Assembly: GCF_006345805.1 (NCBI RefSeq)
Contig: NC_043026.1
Location: 10,292,001-10,356,000 of the forward strand
From: Octopus sinensis
Lineage: Eukaryota
Direction of reading: 5' to 3'
Length of the DNA: 64,000 nucleotides
Below the pieces are notes generated by a model that did no database searches, had not been told where the DNA came from, and saw nothing but the letters and a program-made list of their open reading frames with translations. A program made the position numbers and the translations under genes. Positions 41,948 to 54,582 of the stretch are shown here, piece after piece (the first letter of the stretch is position 1; every line of letters starts with the position of its first letter).

Positions 41948-42580
41948 ATGATCTCACCTCATCTACCATGTGTTCAGGGAAAATCAATCATACAATTTTC
42001 CCACGCTTTTCTATTATTGTTCCCCTCAAATCTAAGTTTGTATATTTTTCTTGCATTTGTTCTTTTACTTAATTTCTTACAAACAGTTCTTCTGCTCTAT
42101 TTCTGTTCAGTGTTACTTATGTTTAGCAACACTTCAATTAATTTATCCAACTTCAATCAACACACAGGCTCTTCTTCTTCACACTCCAGTCAGGGATGTT
42201 CACAAATTTGGCTAATAATATTTCATATGAGAGCAAATGTTTCAAAGGAATTCTATCACAGATCTGTAGAAACAGTGTTATGCAGGTTTCATATAATATT
42301 TTCCTTTAGTTCTGGAAACATGGTAGGTATTGAGGATGCTTCGTTCTGTTAAGTCAATGTCATCTGATGTTCTGAAATTACATAGAAAGAACAGTGTAAG
42401 ATGTAGAGGCTATTGAAAAAATACAGATTCATTTCTATTGAGAAAATCTGTTGGAATAAACATCTACCTTAAGAACTGAGCTGGATGCCAGCAATTCACA
42501 AAGTGCTAATCTCTAAGAGAAAATGGAATGTGTGGGAGTGGGACACCCAGAAACACATGGGATGAAGTGCTCTTAAGTAG

Positions 42581-43410
42581 TACCTATTTCTTTACTACCC
42601 ACAAGGGGCTAAACACAGAGAGGACAAACAAGGACAGACAAACGGATTAAGTCGATTATATCGACCCCAGTGCGTAACTGGTACTTATTTATCGACCCCC
42701 CGAAAGGATGAAAGGCAAAGTCGACCTCGGCGGAATTTGAACTCAGAACGTAACGGCAGACGAAATACCTATTTCTTTACTACCCACAAGGGGCTAAACA
42801 TAGAGAGGACAAACAAGGACAGACAAACGGATTAAGTCGATTATATCGACCCCAGTGCGTAACTGGTACTTATTTAATCGACCCCCGAAAGGATGAAAGG
42901 CAAAGTCGACCTCGGCGGAATTTGAACTCAGAACGTAACGGCAGACGAAATACCTATTTCTTTACTACCCACAAGGGGCTAAACACAGAGAGAACAAACA
43001 AGGACAGACAAACGGATTAAGTCGATTATATTGACCCCAGTGCGTAACTGGTACTTTATTTAATCGACCCCGAAAGGATGAAAGGCAAAGTCGACCTCGG
43101 CGGAATTTGAACTCAGAACGTAACGGCAGACGAAATACCTATTTCTTTACTACCCACAAGGGGCTAAACACAGAGAGAACAAACAAGGACAGACAAACGG
43201 ATTAAGTCGATTATATCGACCCCAGTGCGTAACTGGTACTTTATTTAATCGACCCCGAAAGGATGAAAGGCAAAGTCGACCTCGGCGGAATTTGAACTCA
43301 GAACGTAACGGCAGACCAAATACTTATTTCTTTACTACCCACAAGGGGCTAAACACAGAGAGAACAAACAAGGACAGACATAGGTATTAAGTCGATTACA
43401 TCGACCCCAG
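42581..43410 (-). repeat. Head-to-tail array of 5'-truncated SINE B, 185-bp monomer, 4 full plus 1 partial
   Basis: Monomer starts TAC(C/T)TATTTC at 42581, 42766, 42951, 43136, 43321. Confidence 0.95.
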
Positions 43411-43801
43411 TTATCTCTCTCTTTCACACACACTAACAGAAGCACTTCACTTACACAACATACTGTCTGTCTCCCACACCCCATCAAACACACACACACA
43501 TGTACATCAATGCTTCCCATGCACGGTAACTTCAAAAGAACTTCCCTCGTCATACAATCGCTTTCTCTTAGTCTCTTTCGCTCTCATTACTTCAAAAGTT
43601 CCCGCAAGCCCATATGTAAAAAAAAAAAAAATTTTTACGGAAATCGACGGAAAGGTCTACTAGAGACGAAAGATCGCCCGAACGAACGCGTCTTCCAGTA
43701 AAAGGCGTTCGAAAATATTTTTGTTTTGGGATTTCTCTTCCCACGTCCAGTCGGAAGCATGGAAAAAGTAATAATGTCACTGTAGCAGGTTTCCAGTGGT
43801 G

Positions 43802-43853
<52 letters not shown>
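43802..43853. repeat. (TA)n microsatellite
   Basis: Seen directly. Confidence 0.95.
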
Positions 43854-43854
<1 letters not shown>

Positions 43855-43904
43855 CAGGGCACCTCTTACTTCCAGCGCCAGTACTTTCGCTAAGGTCCTC
43901 CTTG

Positions 43905-44230
43905 GCTAGAAATAGCAGCAAAATCTCGCACAAACGAAGGACATCTCTCATTCATAAAACATGGAAGAGAAACAAAGAATCGACGCACCAAAGACAGAAA
44001 CGTCTACAGAATTGGAAACATTAAATGGTTTCCTTGCTAAATACTTACGGAAATGTTTCATAAAGGATCGCTGGATAGTGTTATATGTGTGTGTGTGTGT
44101 CTGGTAGTTGATAAATGGGCGTAACTTCGGTATAGGTACAAGTATTATAAATTAACCGATTAAGAGAAATCCCTTCCCAAGACATTTAATCGGGAGGAAG
44201 AATTGTCAATGCGCATGCGTATCTCATTGA
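43905..44230 (-). promoter_or_regulatory. Module E, proximal copy upstream of ZNF6
   Basis: TGCGCATGCG at 44210-44219; ATGAAACATTTCC|GTAAGT donor at 44048-44043. Confidence 0.6.
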
Positions 44231-44295
44231 AATACTTAAGCCACCTACCTCTAATTATCTTCCTTTCTCTCTTATCATATTTCTGTTGCGGCTGT

Positions 44296-44577
44296 GGAGG
44301 CGCAATGGCCCAGTGGCTAGGGCAGCGGACTCGCGGTCATACGATCGCGGTTTCGATTCCCAGACCGGGCGTTGTGAGTGTTTATTGAGCGAAAACACCT
44401 AAAAGCTCCACGAGGCTCCCGGCAGGGGATGGTGGTGATCCCTGCTGTACTCTTTCACCACAACTTTCTCTCACTCTTACTTCCTGTTTCCTGTTGTACC
44501 CGTATTTCAAAGGGGCCGGCCTTGTCACTCTCTGTGTCACGCTGAATGTCCCCGAGAACTACGTTAAGGGTGCACGT
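44296..44577 (+). mobile_element. SINE family A, truncated at a hairpin element
   Basis: Near-identical to 38294-38570. Confidence 0.85.
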
Positions 44578-44579
44578 TT

Positions 44580-44713
44580 CCGGTGCGCGTAGTCGCGCAA
44601 GCTAGTCGTGACTAGTCGATCCTACGACGACCACCTAGCAAAGTAAATAAAACACAAAAACACAAAGTAAGGATCGACTAGTCACGACTAGCTGACGCGA
44701 GTGCGCGCACCGG
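44580..44713. other. CpG-rich inverted repeat (44-bp arms, ~46-nt spacer)
   Basis: CCGGTGCGCGTAGTCGCGCAAGCTAGTCGTGACTAGTCGATCCT ... AGGATCGACTAGTCACGACTAGCTGACGCGAGTGCGCGCACCGG. Confidence 0.85.
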
Positions 44714-44899
44714 GACCACTGTTCGCTAGTAGTACCTAAAACCCATTGAATTGTACTTTGCTTTACACAACAAATTCATGCATAATATTTATATAGAAGT
44801 TTCTGTTAGATATTATCCATTTTGTAGAAAGTTATGAGGAAACAAATTCCTTCTTGGCTGGACACATATCGGTAGTTATACCGAGAAACAATCGAAGAA

Positions 44900-46370
44900 T
44901 TAAAATAAAATATGGGCTTCTAAACATTTCAGAATATTTCTCTAACTAAAACACACTGATGGCGTCATCAGAAGGTAGCTTCTACAGCTAGAAATAACAG
45001 CCAACACTCAAAAACAAATCATGGGCATCTGAATTCCATAGCAAGAAATAGCAGCTAAATTTCGCACAAATCAGGGACATCTGTATACCATAGCAAGAAA
45101 TAGCAGCTAAATTCCGCACAAATCAGGGACATCTGTATTCCATAGCAAGAAATAGCAGCTAAATTTCGCAAAAATCATGGGCATCTGTATTCCATAGCAA
45201 GAAATAGCAGCTAAATTTCGCACAAATCATGGGCATCTGTATTCCATAGCAAGAAATAGCAGCTAAATTTCGCACAAATCAGGGGCATCTGTATTCCATA
45301 GCAAGAAATAGCAGCTAAATTTCGCACAAATCAGGGTCATCTGTACCCCATAGCAAGAAATAGCAGCCAAATTTCGCACAAATCATGGGCATCTGTATTC
45401 CATAGCAAGAAATAGCAGCTAAATTCCGCACAAATCAGGGACATCTGTATTCAATAGCAAGAAATAGCAGCTAAATTTCGCACAAATCAGGGACATCTGT
45501 ATTCCATAGCAAGAAATAGCAGCCAAATTTCGCACAAATCAGGGACATCTGTACTCCATAGCAAGAAATAGCAGCCAAATTTCGCACAAATCATGGGCAT
45601 CTGTATTCCATAGCAAGAAATAGCAGCTAAATTTCGCATAAATCATGGGCATCTGTATTCCATAGCAAGAAATAGCAGCTAAATTCCGCATAAGTCAGGG
45701 ACATATGTATTCCATAGCAAGAAATAGCAGCCAAATTTCGCACAAATCAGGGGCATCTGTATTCCATAGCAAGAAATAGCAGCCAAATTTCGCACAAATC
45801 ATGGGCATCTGTATTCCATAGCAAGAAATAGCAGCTAAATTTCGCATAAATCATGGGCATCTGTATTCCATAGCAAGAAATAGCAGCCAAATTTCGCACA
45901 AATCAGGGACATCTGTACTCCATAGCAAGAAATAGCAGCCAAATTCGCACAAATCATGGGCATCTGTATTCCATAGCAAGAAATAGCAGCTAAATTCCGC
46001 ATAAATCAGGGACATATGTATTCCATAGCAAGAAATAGCAGCTAAATTCCGCACAAATCAAGGACATCTGTATTCAATAGCAAGAAATAGCAGCTAAATT
46101 CCGCACAAATCAAGGACATCTCTCGTTCATAAAACATAGAAGAGACACAAAAAAACCGACGAGCTAAAAAAAAAAAGACGAACGTCTTCAGAATTAAAAA
46201 CATTGAATATTTTCATTGCTTCATACTTACGGAAATGTTTCATAAAGGACAGTGTTGTTATGTATGTGTGTGTCTGGTAGTTGAGGAATAAATTATAATG
46301 ACAGGACATTTAATCGGATATCGACATCGACATCAATTAAGAAGTACGCTCGATGCGCATGCGTATCCCC
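44900..46370 (-). promoter_or_regulatory. Module E, distal copy upstream of ZNF6, containing the minisatellite
   Basis: TGCGCATGCG at 46354-46363; donor GTAAGT at 46230-46225. Confidence 0.55.
45015..46120. repeat. 52-bp minisatellite, ~21 copies
   Basis: CATAGCAAGAAATAGCAGCTAAATTTCGCACAAATCAGGGACATCTGTATTC at 45037, 45089 ... 45661 ... 46024, ~46075; no spacers. Confidence 0.95.
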
Positions 46371-46636
46371 TGTGCTATATATTTAATGCAGCGAAGTCCA
46401 ATTATCTCTCTTTATGTATTGGCCTTGTAATGTCCCTCTCTATGTAAGATCGTTTTTGATCATAATAAAGATTCCTCTATGTATTGGCCTCATAGGCTGC
46501 CGGATTCGATCTTTTTGAACTCTAATTCGTTTTCTTTCTTTGTTTTCGTTTAAAAAGTACGGCTGCAGTACTGAAAGAGTGTGTTTGGAGGACTAGAATG
46601 GAAGGTTCTGTGAAAGAGTCCTTCATCTCTGGCCCC

Positions 46637-46850
46637 GAGATGGCAGAAACGTTAGCACGCCGGGCGAAATGCGTAGTAGTATTTCGTCTGCCGCTACGTT
46701 CTGAGTTCAAATTCCGCCGAGGTCGACTTTGCCTTTCATCCTTTCGGGGTCGATAAATTAAGTACGAGTTACACACTGGGGTCGATGTAATCGACTTAAT
46801 CCGTTTGTCCTCTCTGTGTTTAACCCCTTGTGGGTAGTAAAGAAATAGGT
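46637..46850 (+). mobile_element. SINE family B
   Basis: Head to 3' end GTAAAGAAATAGGT. Confidence 0.85.
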
Positions 46851-47115
46851 TTGCTGTCTTACTTCGGATACCATCTGAAGAGCAAGATGGGGTTGGAGAG
46901 CAGGACCCCCTGCCACAGAGAGAATACGACAAACGATGGAAGGATGTGATGAGCAAGGTGGGTGCTAGTAGCCCAGCTTAATCATTGATCGAAGGAAAAG
47001 ATAGTTGCTGGGCCTTGTAGGCTGCCGGGTTCGATCTCGTGAACTTTTATTCGTTTTCTTTATTTATTTTCTTTTATTTAAAAAAAAAAGTTCTACTCTA
47101 AGGTTAAATTAATAG

Positions 47116-47410
47116 GGATCTTTTCGGTTTGAATAGCAGTTTTAAACATAATTTCTAGGTAACTAAAAAATTTTAAACTTCGTATACTGGTAGAATGTGT
47201 TTATAAAACATCTTTTTCTCTTGGCTCTATTGAGAAAATTCTATAGTTTGTAAGATATTTGTTGCTTTTTTCTTCAATTTCTGCAATTTCAACCAATCAG
47301 TGACGTCTATTGAGGTAAAAAAAAAACATTCTGTGCCGTATGAATATGTCCCTCGTTTAAGAAACAGATTGGGTTTATTTACATTTGTGAAGAAAAAATA
47401 GATACCTTAC
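47116..47410 (+). mobile_element. Left half of the GGATCTTTTC MITE family
   Basis: Matches 56650-56940; no right TIR seen. Confidence 0.75.
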
Positions 47411-47808
47411 CCCAGAGAAGAAAATGGAAAATAGTTATTAATTGTGTGTGGTAGCAATTTTTTTTAAAAATCTGGTTTAGACTCACAGTGTAATGATTAC
47501 CAATTGAAAAGTCATTAAAAAAAACAACAACAAAAAAATGAAGAGAGACCAAATTTTGCTTGCACAGTTTATTTCCTTGTGTAGAAAACAATTTTGAAAA
47601 AGTATCTTTAAAACTCTGAAAAATATACAAATTACAAGACCCAAAAGGCACATAGAGAAAAGAAAGAAAGGCAAAAGAGATAAATATAAAATTATATAGA
47701 TTCCCATGAATTTGAGGCTAAATAAACAACAGAATGGATTTTATGAACTTCATGCGCACTTATTACATATACTCACACACATCCTAACACACATGCACGC
47801 GTTTGTAC

Positions 47809-48454
47809 AAAAGCACCATCCGATCGTGGCCGTTTGCCAGCCTCGCCTGGCCCCCGTGCCGGTGGCATGTAAAAAGCACCAACCGATCGTAGCCGTTGCA
47901 AGCCTCGTCTGGCACGTAAAAAGAGCCAACCGATCGTGGCCGTTGCCAGCCTCACCTGGCCCCGTGCTGGTGGCATGTAAAAAGCACCATCCGATCGTAG
48001 CCGTTGCCAGCCTTGCATGGCCCCCATGCCGGTGGCACGTAAAAAGCACCAACCGATCGTGGCCGTTGCCAGCCTCGCCTGGCCCCCGTGCTGGTGGCAT
48101 GTAAAAAGCACCATCCAATCGTGGCCGTCTGCCAGCCTCGTCTGGCCCCCGTGCCAGTGGCACATAAAAAGCACCATCCGATCGTAGCCGTTGCCAGCCT
48201 TGTCTGGCACGTAAAAAGCACCAACCGATCGTGGCCGTTGCCAGCCTTGCCTGGCCCCCATGCCGGTGGCACGTAAAAAGCACCCACTACACTCACGGAG
48301 TGGTTGGCGTTAGGAAGGGCATCCAACCGTAGAAACACTGCCAGATCAGACTGGAGCCTGGTGCAGCCTTCTGACTTCCCAGACCCCAGTTGAACCGTCT
48401 AACCCATGCCAGCATGGAAAGCGGACGCTAAACGACGATGATGATGATGATGAT
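47809..48454 (+). mobile_element. RTE-tailed repeat family C with ~8 internal 47/62-bp tandem repeats
   Basis: AAAAGCACCA(T/A)CCGATCGT(G/A)GCCGTTGCCAGCC repeats followed by the family tail and (GAT)n. Confidence 0.85.
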
Positions 48455-48479
48455 ACAGGATAACCCCATCTAATACATT

Positions 48480-48810
48480 TTATGAAGCTCATAAAAATAT
48501 TGTTGCCAACAAAATTCATGCAAGTACAGACATTCAATGCATCCTCTGATCTGATTTCACTCGACTCCACATCCATTCCACGGTGCTTGTGTGGACTGAA
48601 GCATCTGCGGTATCCACAAGGGTGACGCTGTGGTTGACAGCAGAATGGTGTGGCAAGTTATGGTATGCGATCCAAGAATCTGGGATAATCTTCGTTCCTG
48701 GCAAAACACAGCCGGTGATAATAGGCAACAATGTTGCTGTACCTCTGTTTTCCACAAGAACTAAGATATCTCAGACTGTACCATTCGAGCATTCCAAGAA
48801 CCCAATGCCT
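48480..48810 (-). pseudogene. Merlin (IS1016/IS1595-like DDE) transposase fossil
   Basis: HWVLG..[fs]..VENRGTATLLPII..LPGTKIIPDSWIAY..VNHS..VHTSTVEWMWSRVK..[fs]..YLHEFCWQ, corresponding to the family motifs WVFG, SDxWxAY, VNHS, HTxxIE, YLxEFxWR. Confidence 0.8.
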
Positions 48811-49181
48811 TTACTCTTTTACGCGTTTCAGTCACTTGACTGCGGCCATGCTGGAGCACCGCCTTTGGTCAAGCAAATCGACCCCGGAACCTATTCTTCA
48901 TAAGCCCAGTACTTATTCTATCGGTCTCTTTCGCCGAACCACTAAGTGACGGGGACGTAAACACACCAGCATCGGTTGTCAAGCAATGCTAGGGGGACAA
49001 ACACATACATATATATACGACAGGCTTCTTTCAGTTTCCGTCTACCAAATACACTCACAAGGCATTGGTCGGCCCAGGGCTATAGCAGAAGACACTTGCC
49101 CAAGATGCCACGCGGTGGGACTGAACCCGGAACGATGTGGTTGGTTAGCAAGCTACGTACCACACAGCCACTCCTGCGCCT
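48811..49181 (-). mobile_element. tRNA-derived SINE family D
   Basis: Reverse strand AGGCGCAGGAGTGGCTGTGTGG..CCGGGTTCAGTCCC (A/B boxes), CTTGGGCAAG core-like motif, TA/CA microsatellite. Confidence 0.8.
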
Positions 49182-49254
49182 TTGTCGATAACCGTGATGA
49201 TATTTTCTGTGCATGAACTTGGATTCGTCAATCTCTACAACATCTCATCCTCCA

Positions 49255-49456
49255 ACTTGCTCAGGGTGGTTAAAGCACCAAAGAACACAAACATGGAATA
49301 AACTGCCTGCGTCAGTTGTTGACTGCAATGACACTGCATCTTTTAAGGCCCTCATGCTTTCCGAAATCCGCCAAAACTACACCTGATTATATATACACTT
49401 TAGATGAGTTGTAGTGCACCTGAGCACTGTACACAATTATTATTATTATTATTATT
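49255..49456 (+). mobile_element. CR1 LINE 3' end with (ATT)n tail (related remnant 57270-57445)
   Basis: WNKLPASVV..; near-identical to the 3' end of the 60066-60782 copy. Confidence 0.8.
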
Positions 49457-50032
49457 CCGGAAGTAATTTCACCCGGTTAACAACTGCTTCTGATGCAATT
49501 CCAACTTCACACCTCACAACACTGTTTGCATTCTATTTTGGCCCAGAAGACTCACCAAGCCGAGTGAAATCTTAGCCATGGCTTATGTTGGTGTCATGTA
49601 ACTGGTACCCATCCATGCTGGGGGCACACAGAAAGCACCTTTTGATTGTGTTGGGCCTCATGGAGGCAATGACAAATGACAGAGACATTATGCTGTGCTT
49701 GAGAAGAAAACCCATCAAGCCAAGTGAAATTGTAGTCATGGCAGATTCTGGTGTTAGGAAGGGGATCCAACCATAAAAACGAAGCTAAAGCAGACTGGAA
49801 CCTGGTGCAGCTCTCCAGCCTTGCCAGCCCTGGTCGAACTGTCCAGCCCATGCCAGTATGGACAACAGACGCTAAATGATGATGATGGTCCTTTAGCATT
49901 CTGCTTACTCTGTTAAATGCAATGTTTAGTTGTTTATATAGTCCTGAATTAAACATGTATTATCTTGTAGCTTTGAGAATTTGACTATATGATAGTTTAT
50001 TGTTAGGATGATTTTGTGGGGCAGGTATAAGA

Positions 50033-50552
50033 GGCGGTGAGCTGGCAGAACCGTTAGCACGCCGGGCGAAATGCATAGCCGTATTTCGTCTGCCGTTACG
50101 TTGAGTCCAAATTTCGTCGAAGTTGACTTTGCCTTTCATCCTTTCGGGGTCGATAAATTAAGTACCAGTTATGCACTGGGGTCGATGTAATCGACTTAAT
50201 CCGGGTCTGTCCTTGTTTAGCCCCTTGTGGGTAGTAAAGAAATAGATAAATTAAGTACCAGTTACGCACTGGGGTCAATATAATCGACTTAATCCGTGTC
50301 TGTCCCCTCTGTGTTTAGCCCCTTGTGGGTAGTAAAGAAATAGATAAATTAAGTACCAGTTACGCACTGGGGTCAATGTAATCGACTTAATACCTATGTC
50401 TGTCCATGTTTGTACCCCCTTGTGGGTAGTAAAGAAATAGATAAATTAAGTACCAGTTACGCACTGGGGTCAATGTAATCGACTTAATACCTATGTCTGT
50501 CCATGTTTGTCCCCTCTATGTTTAGCCCCTTGTGGTTAATAAAGAAATAGGT
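50033..50552 (+). mobile_element. SINE B followed by three extra tandem copies of its 3' half (~95 bp)
   Basis: Re-entry ATAAATTAAGTACC at 50246, 50344, 50441 directly after GTAAAGAAATAG. Confidence 0.9.
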
Positions 50553-51019
50553 ATAGGAGGCCACATCTTGTCAGTTTGAACATAAAACAGGTAAAATATT
50601 TGGGCCAGTAATACATCAACAATCCTATAACGTCCAGCCATAGTGGGATCTAATGGAAGGGTACATGATGTGGGTGTCTTAACAGGAATCGTGAGAAAAT
50701 GTATGCGTGCTTGTGTGTATGTGCGTGTATGTGTGCAAAATGAAAGATTTAAAGTTCCAAAAGCTCTCTGTATCCAAGGGGCTTTCCTAATTCATACCAA
50801 CAAGAATTGAATTAGGTGCCCGTATTTATTTAATACATTTCAAAACAAATAATATAAAAGAAAAAAAAAATTAAAATAAAAACATACCTATGAATATGAT
50901 CATAGAATTACCCACAAAAATAAAACAAACAAACTGACAGAAAGAAAAAGTTAGCAGCAGGAACAAAATTATAGCACAGAGATTTGGAACTCAAATTATT
51001 TCACTTCATTTTCATTTTC

Positions 51020-51605
51020 CACACACATAATCATCATCATCATCATTTAGCATCCGTTTTCCATGCTGGCATGGGTTGGACAGTTCAACTGGGGTGTGTG
51101 AAACCAGAAGGCTGCACCAGGCTCCAGTCTGATCTGGCAGTGTTTCTACGGCTGGATGCCCTTCCTAACACCAACCACTCCGTGAGTGTAGTGGATGCTT
51201 TTTACGTGCCACCCGCACAGGTGCCAGACGGAGCTGGCAAACGGGCACGGACGGATGGTGCTTTTTACATGCTACCGGCACGGGGGCCAGGCGGAGCTGG
51301 CAAACGGGCACGGACAGATGGTGCTTTTTACATGCTACCGGCACGGGGGCCAGGCGGAGCTGGCAAACGGGCACGGACGGATGGTGCTTTTTACATGCTA
51401 CCGGCACGGGGGCCAGGCGGAGCTGGCAAACGGGCACGGACGGATGGTGCTTTTTACATGCTACCGGCACGGGGGGCCAGGCGGGGCTGGCAAACGGCCA
51501 CGAACAGATGGTGCTTTTTACGTGCCACCGGCACGGAGTCCAGTCGGGGCGGCGCTGGCAACGGCCACGATCGGATGGTTCGCTTACTTGTCACCGGCAC
51601 TGGTA
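51020..51605 (-). mobile_element. RTE-tailed repeat family C with ~6 internal 60-bp repeats
   Basis: GATGGTGCTTTTTACATGCTACCGGCACGGGGGCCAGGCGGAGCTGGCAAACGGGCACGG repeats. Confidence 0.85.
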
Positions 51606-51717
51606 CCACAGCTGCAGTTTCCATTGATGTTGATCTGATTTGATTTGGTTTGATTTTGATTTTGATTTTAATTTGATTATTCAGAGTCTGATATAATATT
51701 TTGGATGATAAAGATTC

Positions 51718-52753
51718 CTTTACTCTTTCTCTTTTACTCGTTTCAGTCATTTTGACTGCGGCCATGCTGGAGCACCGCCATTAGTCGAGCAAATCGACCC
51801 CCGGGACTTATTCTTTGTAAGCCCAGGACTTATTCTCTCGGTCTCTTTTGCCGAACCGCTAAGTGACGGGGACGTAAACACACCAGCATCGGTTGTCAAG
51901 CAATGCTAGAGGGACAAACACAGACACACAAACATACACATACATATATATACATATACATATAAATGTTTCAAGGGTAAAAGAGATGCCTTAGACAGAA
52001 GTAAAAGCAGAGATTTCAGATTATTGGACCAGGATATGGAAGCCATTGAAAGAGTCAGTCCGGTTAATTAAAGAGAGACTGAACCTTGATGAGATGCAAT
52101 TTAGTTTCATGCTGTAGAGAAGCACTATTGACACTGTTATAAACGCACTCAGCAGTTGTTTACTCTCTTACTTGTTTCAGCCATTTGACTGCGGCCATGC
52201 TGGAGCACCGCCTTTAGTCGAGCAAATCGACCCCGGGACTTATTCTTTGTAAGCCCAGTACTTATTCTATCGGTCTCTTTTGCCGAACCGCTAAGTGACG
52301 GGGACGTAAACACACCAGCATCGGTTGTCAAGCAATGCTAGAGGGACAAACACAGACACACAAACATATATACACATATATATATACATACATATATACG
52401 ACAGGCTTCTTTCAGTTTCCGTCTACCAAATCCACTCCCAAGGCATTGGTCGGCCCGGGGCAATAGCAGAAGACACTTGCCCAAGATGCCACGCAGTGGG
52501 ACTGAACCCGGAACCATGTGGTTGGTAAACAAGCTACTTACCACACAGCCACTCCTGCACCTATGCATACATATATATATATATATACATATATATACGA
52601 CAGGCTTCTTTCAGTTTCCGTCTACCAAATCCACTCACAAGGCATTGGTCGGCCCGGGGCTATAGCAGAAGACACTTGCCCAAGATGCCACGCAGTGGGA
52701 CTGAACCCGGAACCATGTGGTTGGTTAGCAAGCTACTTACCACACAGCCACTC
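51718..52753 (-). mobile_element. Cluster of SINE D copies (51718-51962 partial; 52160-52570 full; 52575-52753 duplicated head)
   Basis: Near-identical to 48811-49181. Confidence 0.85.
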
Positions 52754-52867
52754 TTCAGATATTGCTAGGAATTTATGGAATCATTGTTTTCATTGGTTTT
52801 CCAACAGTTATTGAAATTTGTCAGCTTCCCTGCAGTGGTCTCATGTTATTTTATGAAAATAACCTTA

Positions 52868-53269
52868 ATCTGGACCCTTGAAAACCTGTGTCGGTGGCAC
52901 ATAAAAACACCATCCGAGCGTGGTCGTCTGCCAGCCTTGTCTGGCACCTGTGTCGGTGGCACATAAAAACACCATCCGAGCGCGGCCGTTCGCCAGCTTC
53001 ATCTGGCACCTGTGTCGGTGGCACATAAAAACACCATCCGAGCGTGGCCGTTCGCCAGCCTCGTCTGGCACCTGTGTCGGTGGCACATAAAATCACCCAC
53101 TACACTCTCGGAGTGGTTGGCGTTAGGAAGGGCATCCAGCTGTAGAAACACTGCCAGATCTGACTGGCCTGGTGCAGCCTTCGGGCTCCCCAGACCCCAG
53201 TTGAACCGTCCAAACCCATGCTAGCATGGAAAGCGGACGTTAAATGATGATGATGATGATGATGATGAT
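52868..53269 (+). mobile_element. RTE-tailed repeat family C with ~4 internal 60-bp repeats
   Basis: CCTGTGTCGGTGGCACATAAAA repeats, family tail, (GAT)n. Confidence 0.85.
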
Positions 53270-53700
53270 TAATTATAACAAACTATTCTTCAGGAACAAA
53301 CAAGAAATCAGTCTGGTGTGGGGCACTAAACTATACATACACCTCATGTTCTTCCTTTGGGACCTCTTGTGTTTTTGCACTGCAAGGGTCATTATTGATG
53401 TCCATATTTGGTAGCGTTACAATATTAAATATGTTATTGTATAACATTTTATGAGTGAAATATTCAAGATGAGAAACAATGAATATACAGTAATTACAGG
53501 ATGTGATATTCAAGAATAACGTGTAGGATTATCAGGAGTTTTGATATAGAAGTCCCTACATCATAGACAGGAATCTGTTGTGGACCAAGGAGGTGAAAAT
53601 TGCAAAAAAAAAAATAAATAATAATAAAATTTTTGAAGTGCTTTAGTCATATTTCCATTGCACAAAACACAGGAATGTTAAAAACATACCAAACAAGAAA

Positions 53701-54582
53701 CTACCCTTTTCCTTTCTCTCCTGTATGAATATATTTGTGTCTTGTAAAGTTACTACTGTGAGAGAATGATTTACCACAAATTTGGCAATGATACGGTTTC
53801 TCTTCAGTATGAATATGTTTGTGTTCCGTTAAGTTACTACTTTGAGAGAATGATTTACCACAGATATCACAAGGATATGGTTTCTCTCCAGTATGAACGT
53901 GTTTGTGCCTAGATACGTGATTACTCCTGGTGAATGATTTACCACAGATATCACAATGATACGGCTTCTCTCCTGTATGAATATATTTGTGTTTCGTTAA
54001 GTTACTATTTTGCGAGAATGATTTACCACAGATATCACAATGATATGGTTTTTCTCCTGTATGAACATCTTTGTGTTTTGATAAGTTACTAGTCTGAGAG
54101 AATGATGAACCACAGATATCACAACGATATGGTTTCTCTCCAGTATGTATACGTCTGTGCGTAGTTAATGTACTACTGTCAGAGAATGATGTACCACAGA
54201 TATCACAGTGAAATGGTTTCTCTCCTGTGTGAGTACGTATGTGTGTAGATAAGTGAATACTTTGAGAGAATGATTTACCACAGATATCACAATGATATGG
54301 TTTCTCTCCTGTATGAAGACGACTGTGTTTTGTTAAGGCAGTATGTCCAGAAAAAGAGCAACCACAAATATCACAATAATATGGTTTCTCTCCTGTATGA
54401 GTACGTTTGTGAGCAGTAACATAACCACTGTTAGAGAATGATTTACCACAGATATCACATTGATATGGTTTCTCTCCTGTATGAACACGTTTGTGCACAG
54501 TTACATGACCACTGTTAGAGAATGATTTACCACATATATCACACTGATATGATTTCTCTCCTGTCTGAGTACATTTGTGCAT
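53701..54582 (-). CDS. C2H2 ZNF protein ZNF7, 293 aa, 10 fingers
   Basis: Intact ORF; ends HTGEKGKG*; acceptor at ~55055. Confidence 0.95.
   Translation of the reverse strand: MHKCTQTGEKSYQCDICGKSFSNSGHVTVHKRVHTGEKPYQCDICGKSFSNSGYVTAHKRTHTGEKPYYCDICGCSFSGHTALTKHSRLHTGEKPYHCDICGKSFSQSIHLSTHIRTHTGEKPFHCDICGTSFSDSSTLTTHRRIHTGEKPYRCDICGSSFSQTSNLSKHKDVHTGEKPYHCDICGKSFSQNSNLTKHKYIHTGEKPYHCDICGKSFTRSNHVSRHKHVHTGEKPYPCDICGKSFSQSSNLTEHKHIHTEEKPYHCQICGKSFSHSSNFTRHKYIHTGEKGKG

Noticed and set aside
45015-46120. CRISPR-like regular repeat
   Set aside because: Contiguous 52-bp monomers with no unique spacers, no cas genes, eukaryotic context.
48534-48755. Bacterial IS1595 contamination or recent horizontal transfer
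   Set aside because: Degraded, frameshifted and interleaved with host SINEs; eukaryotic Merlin elements explain the similarity.
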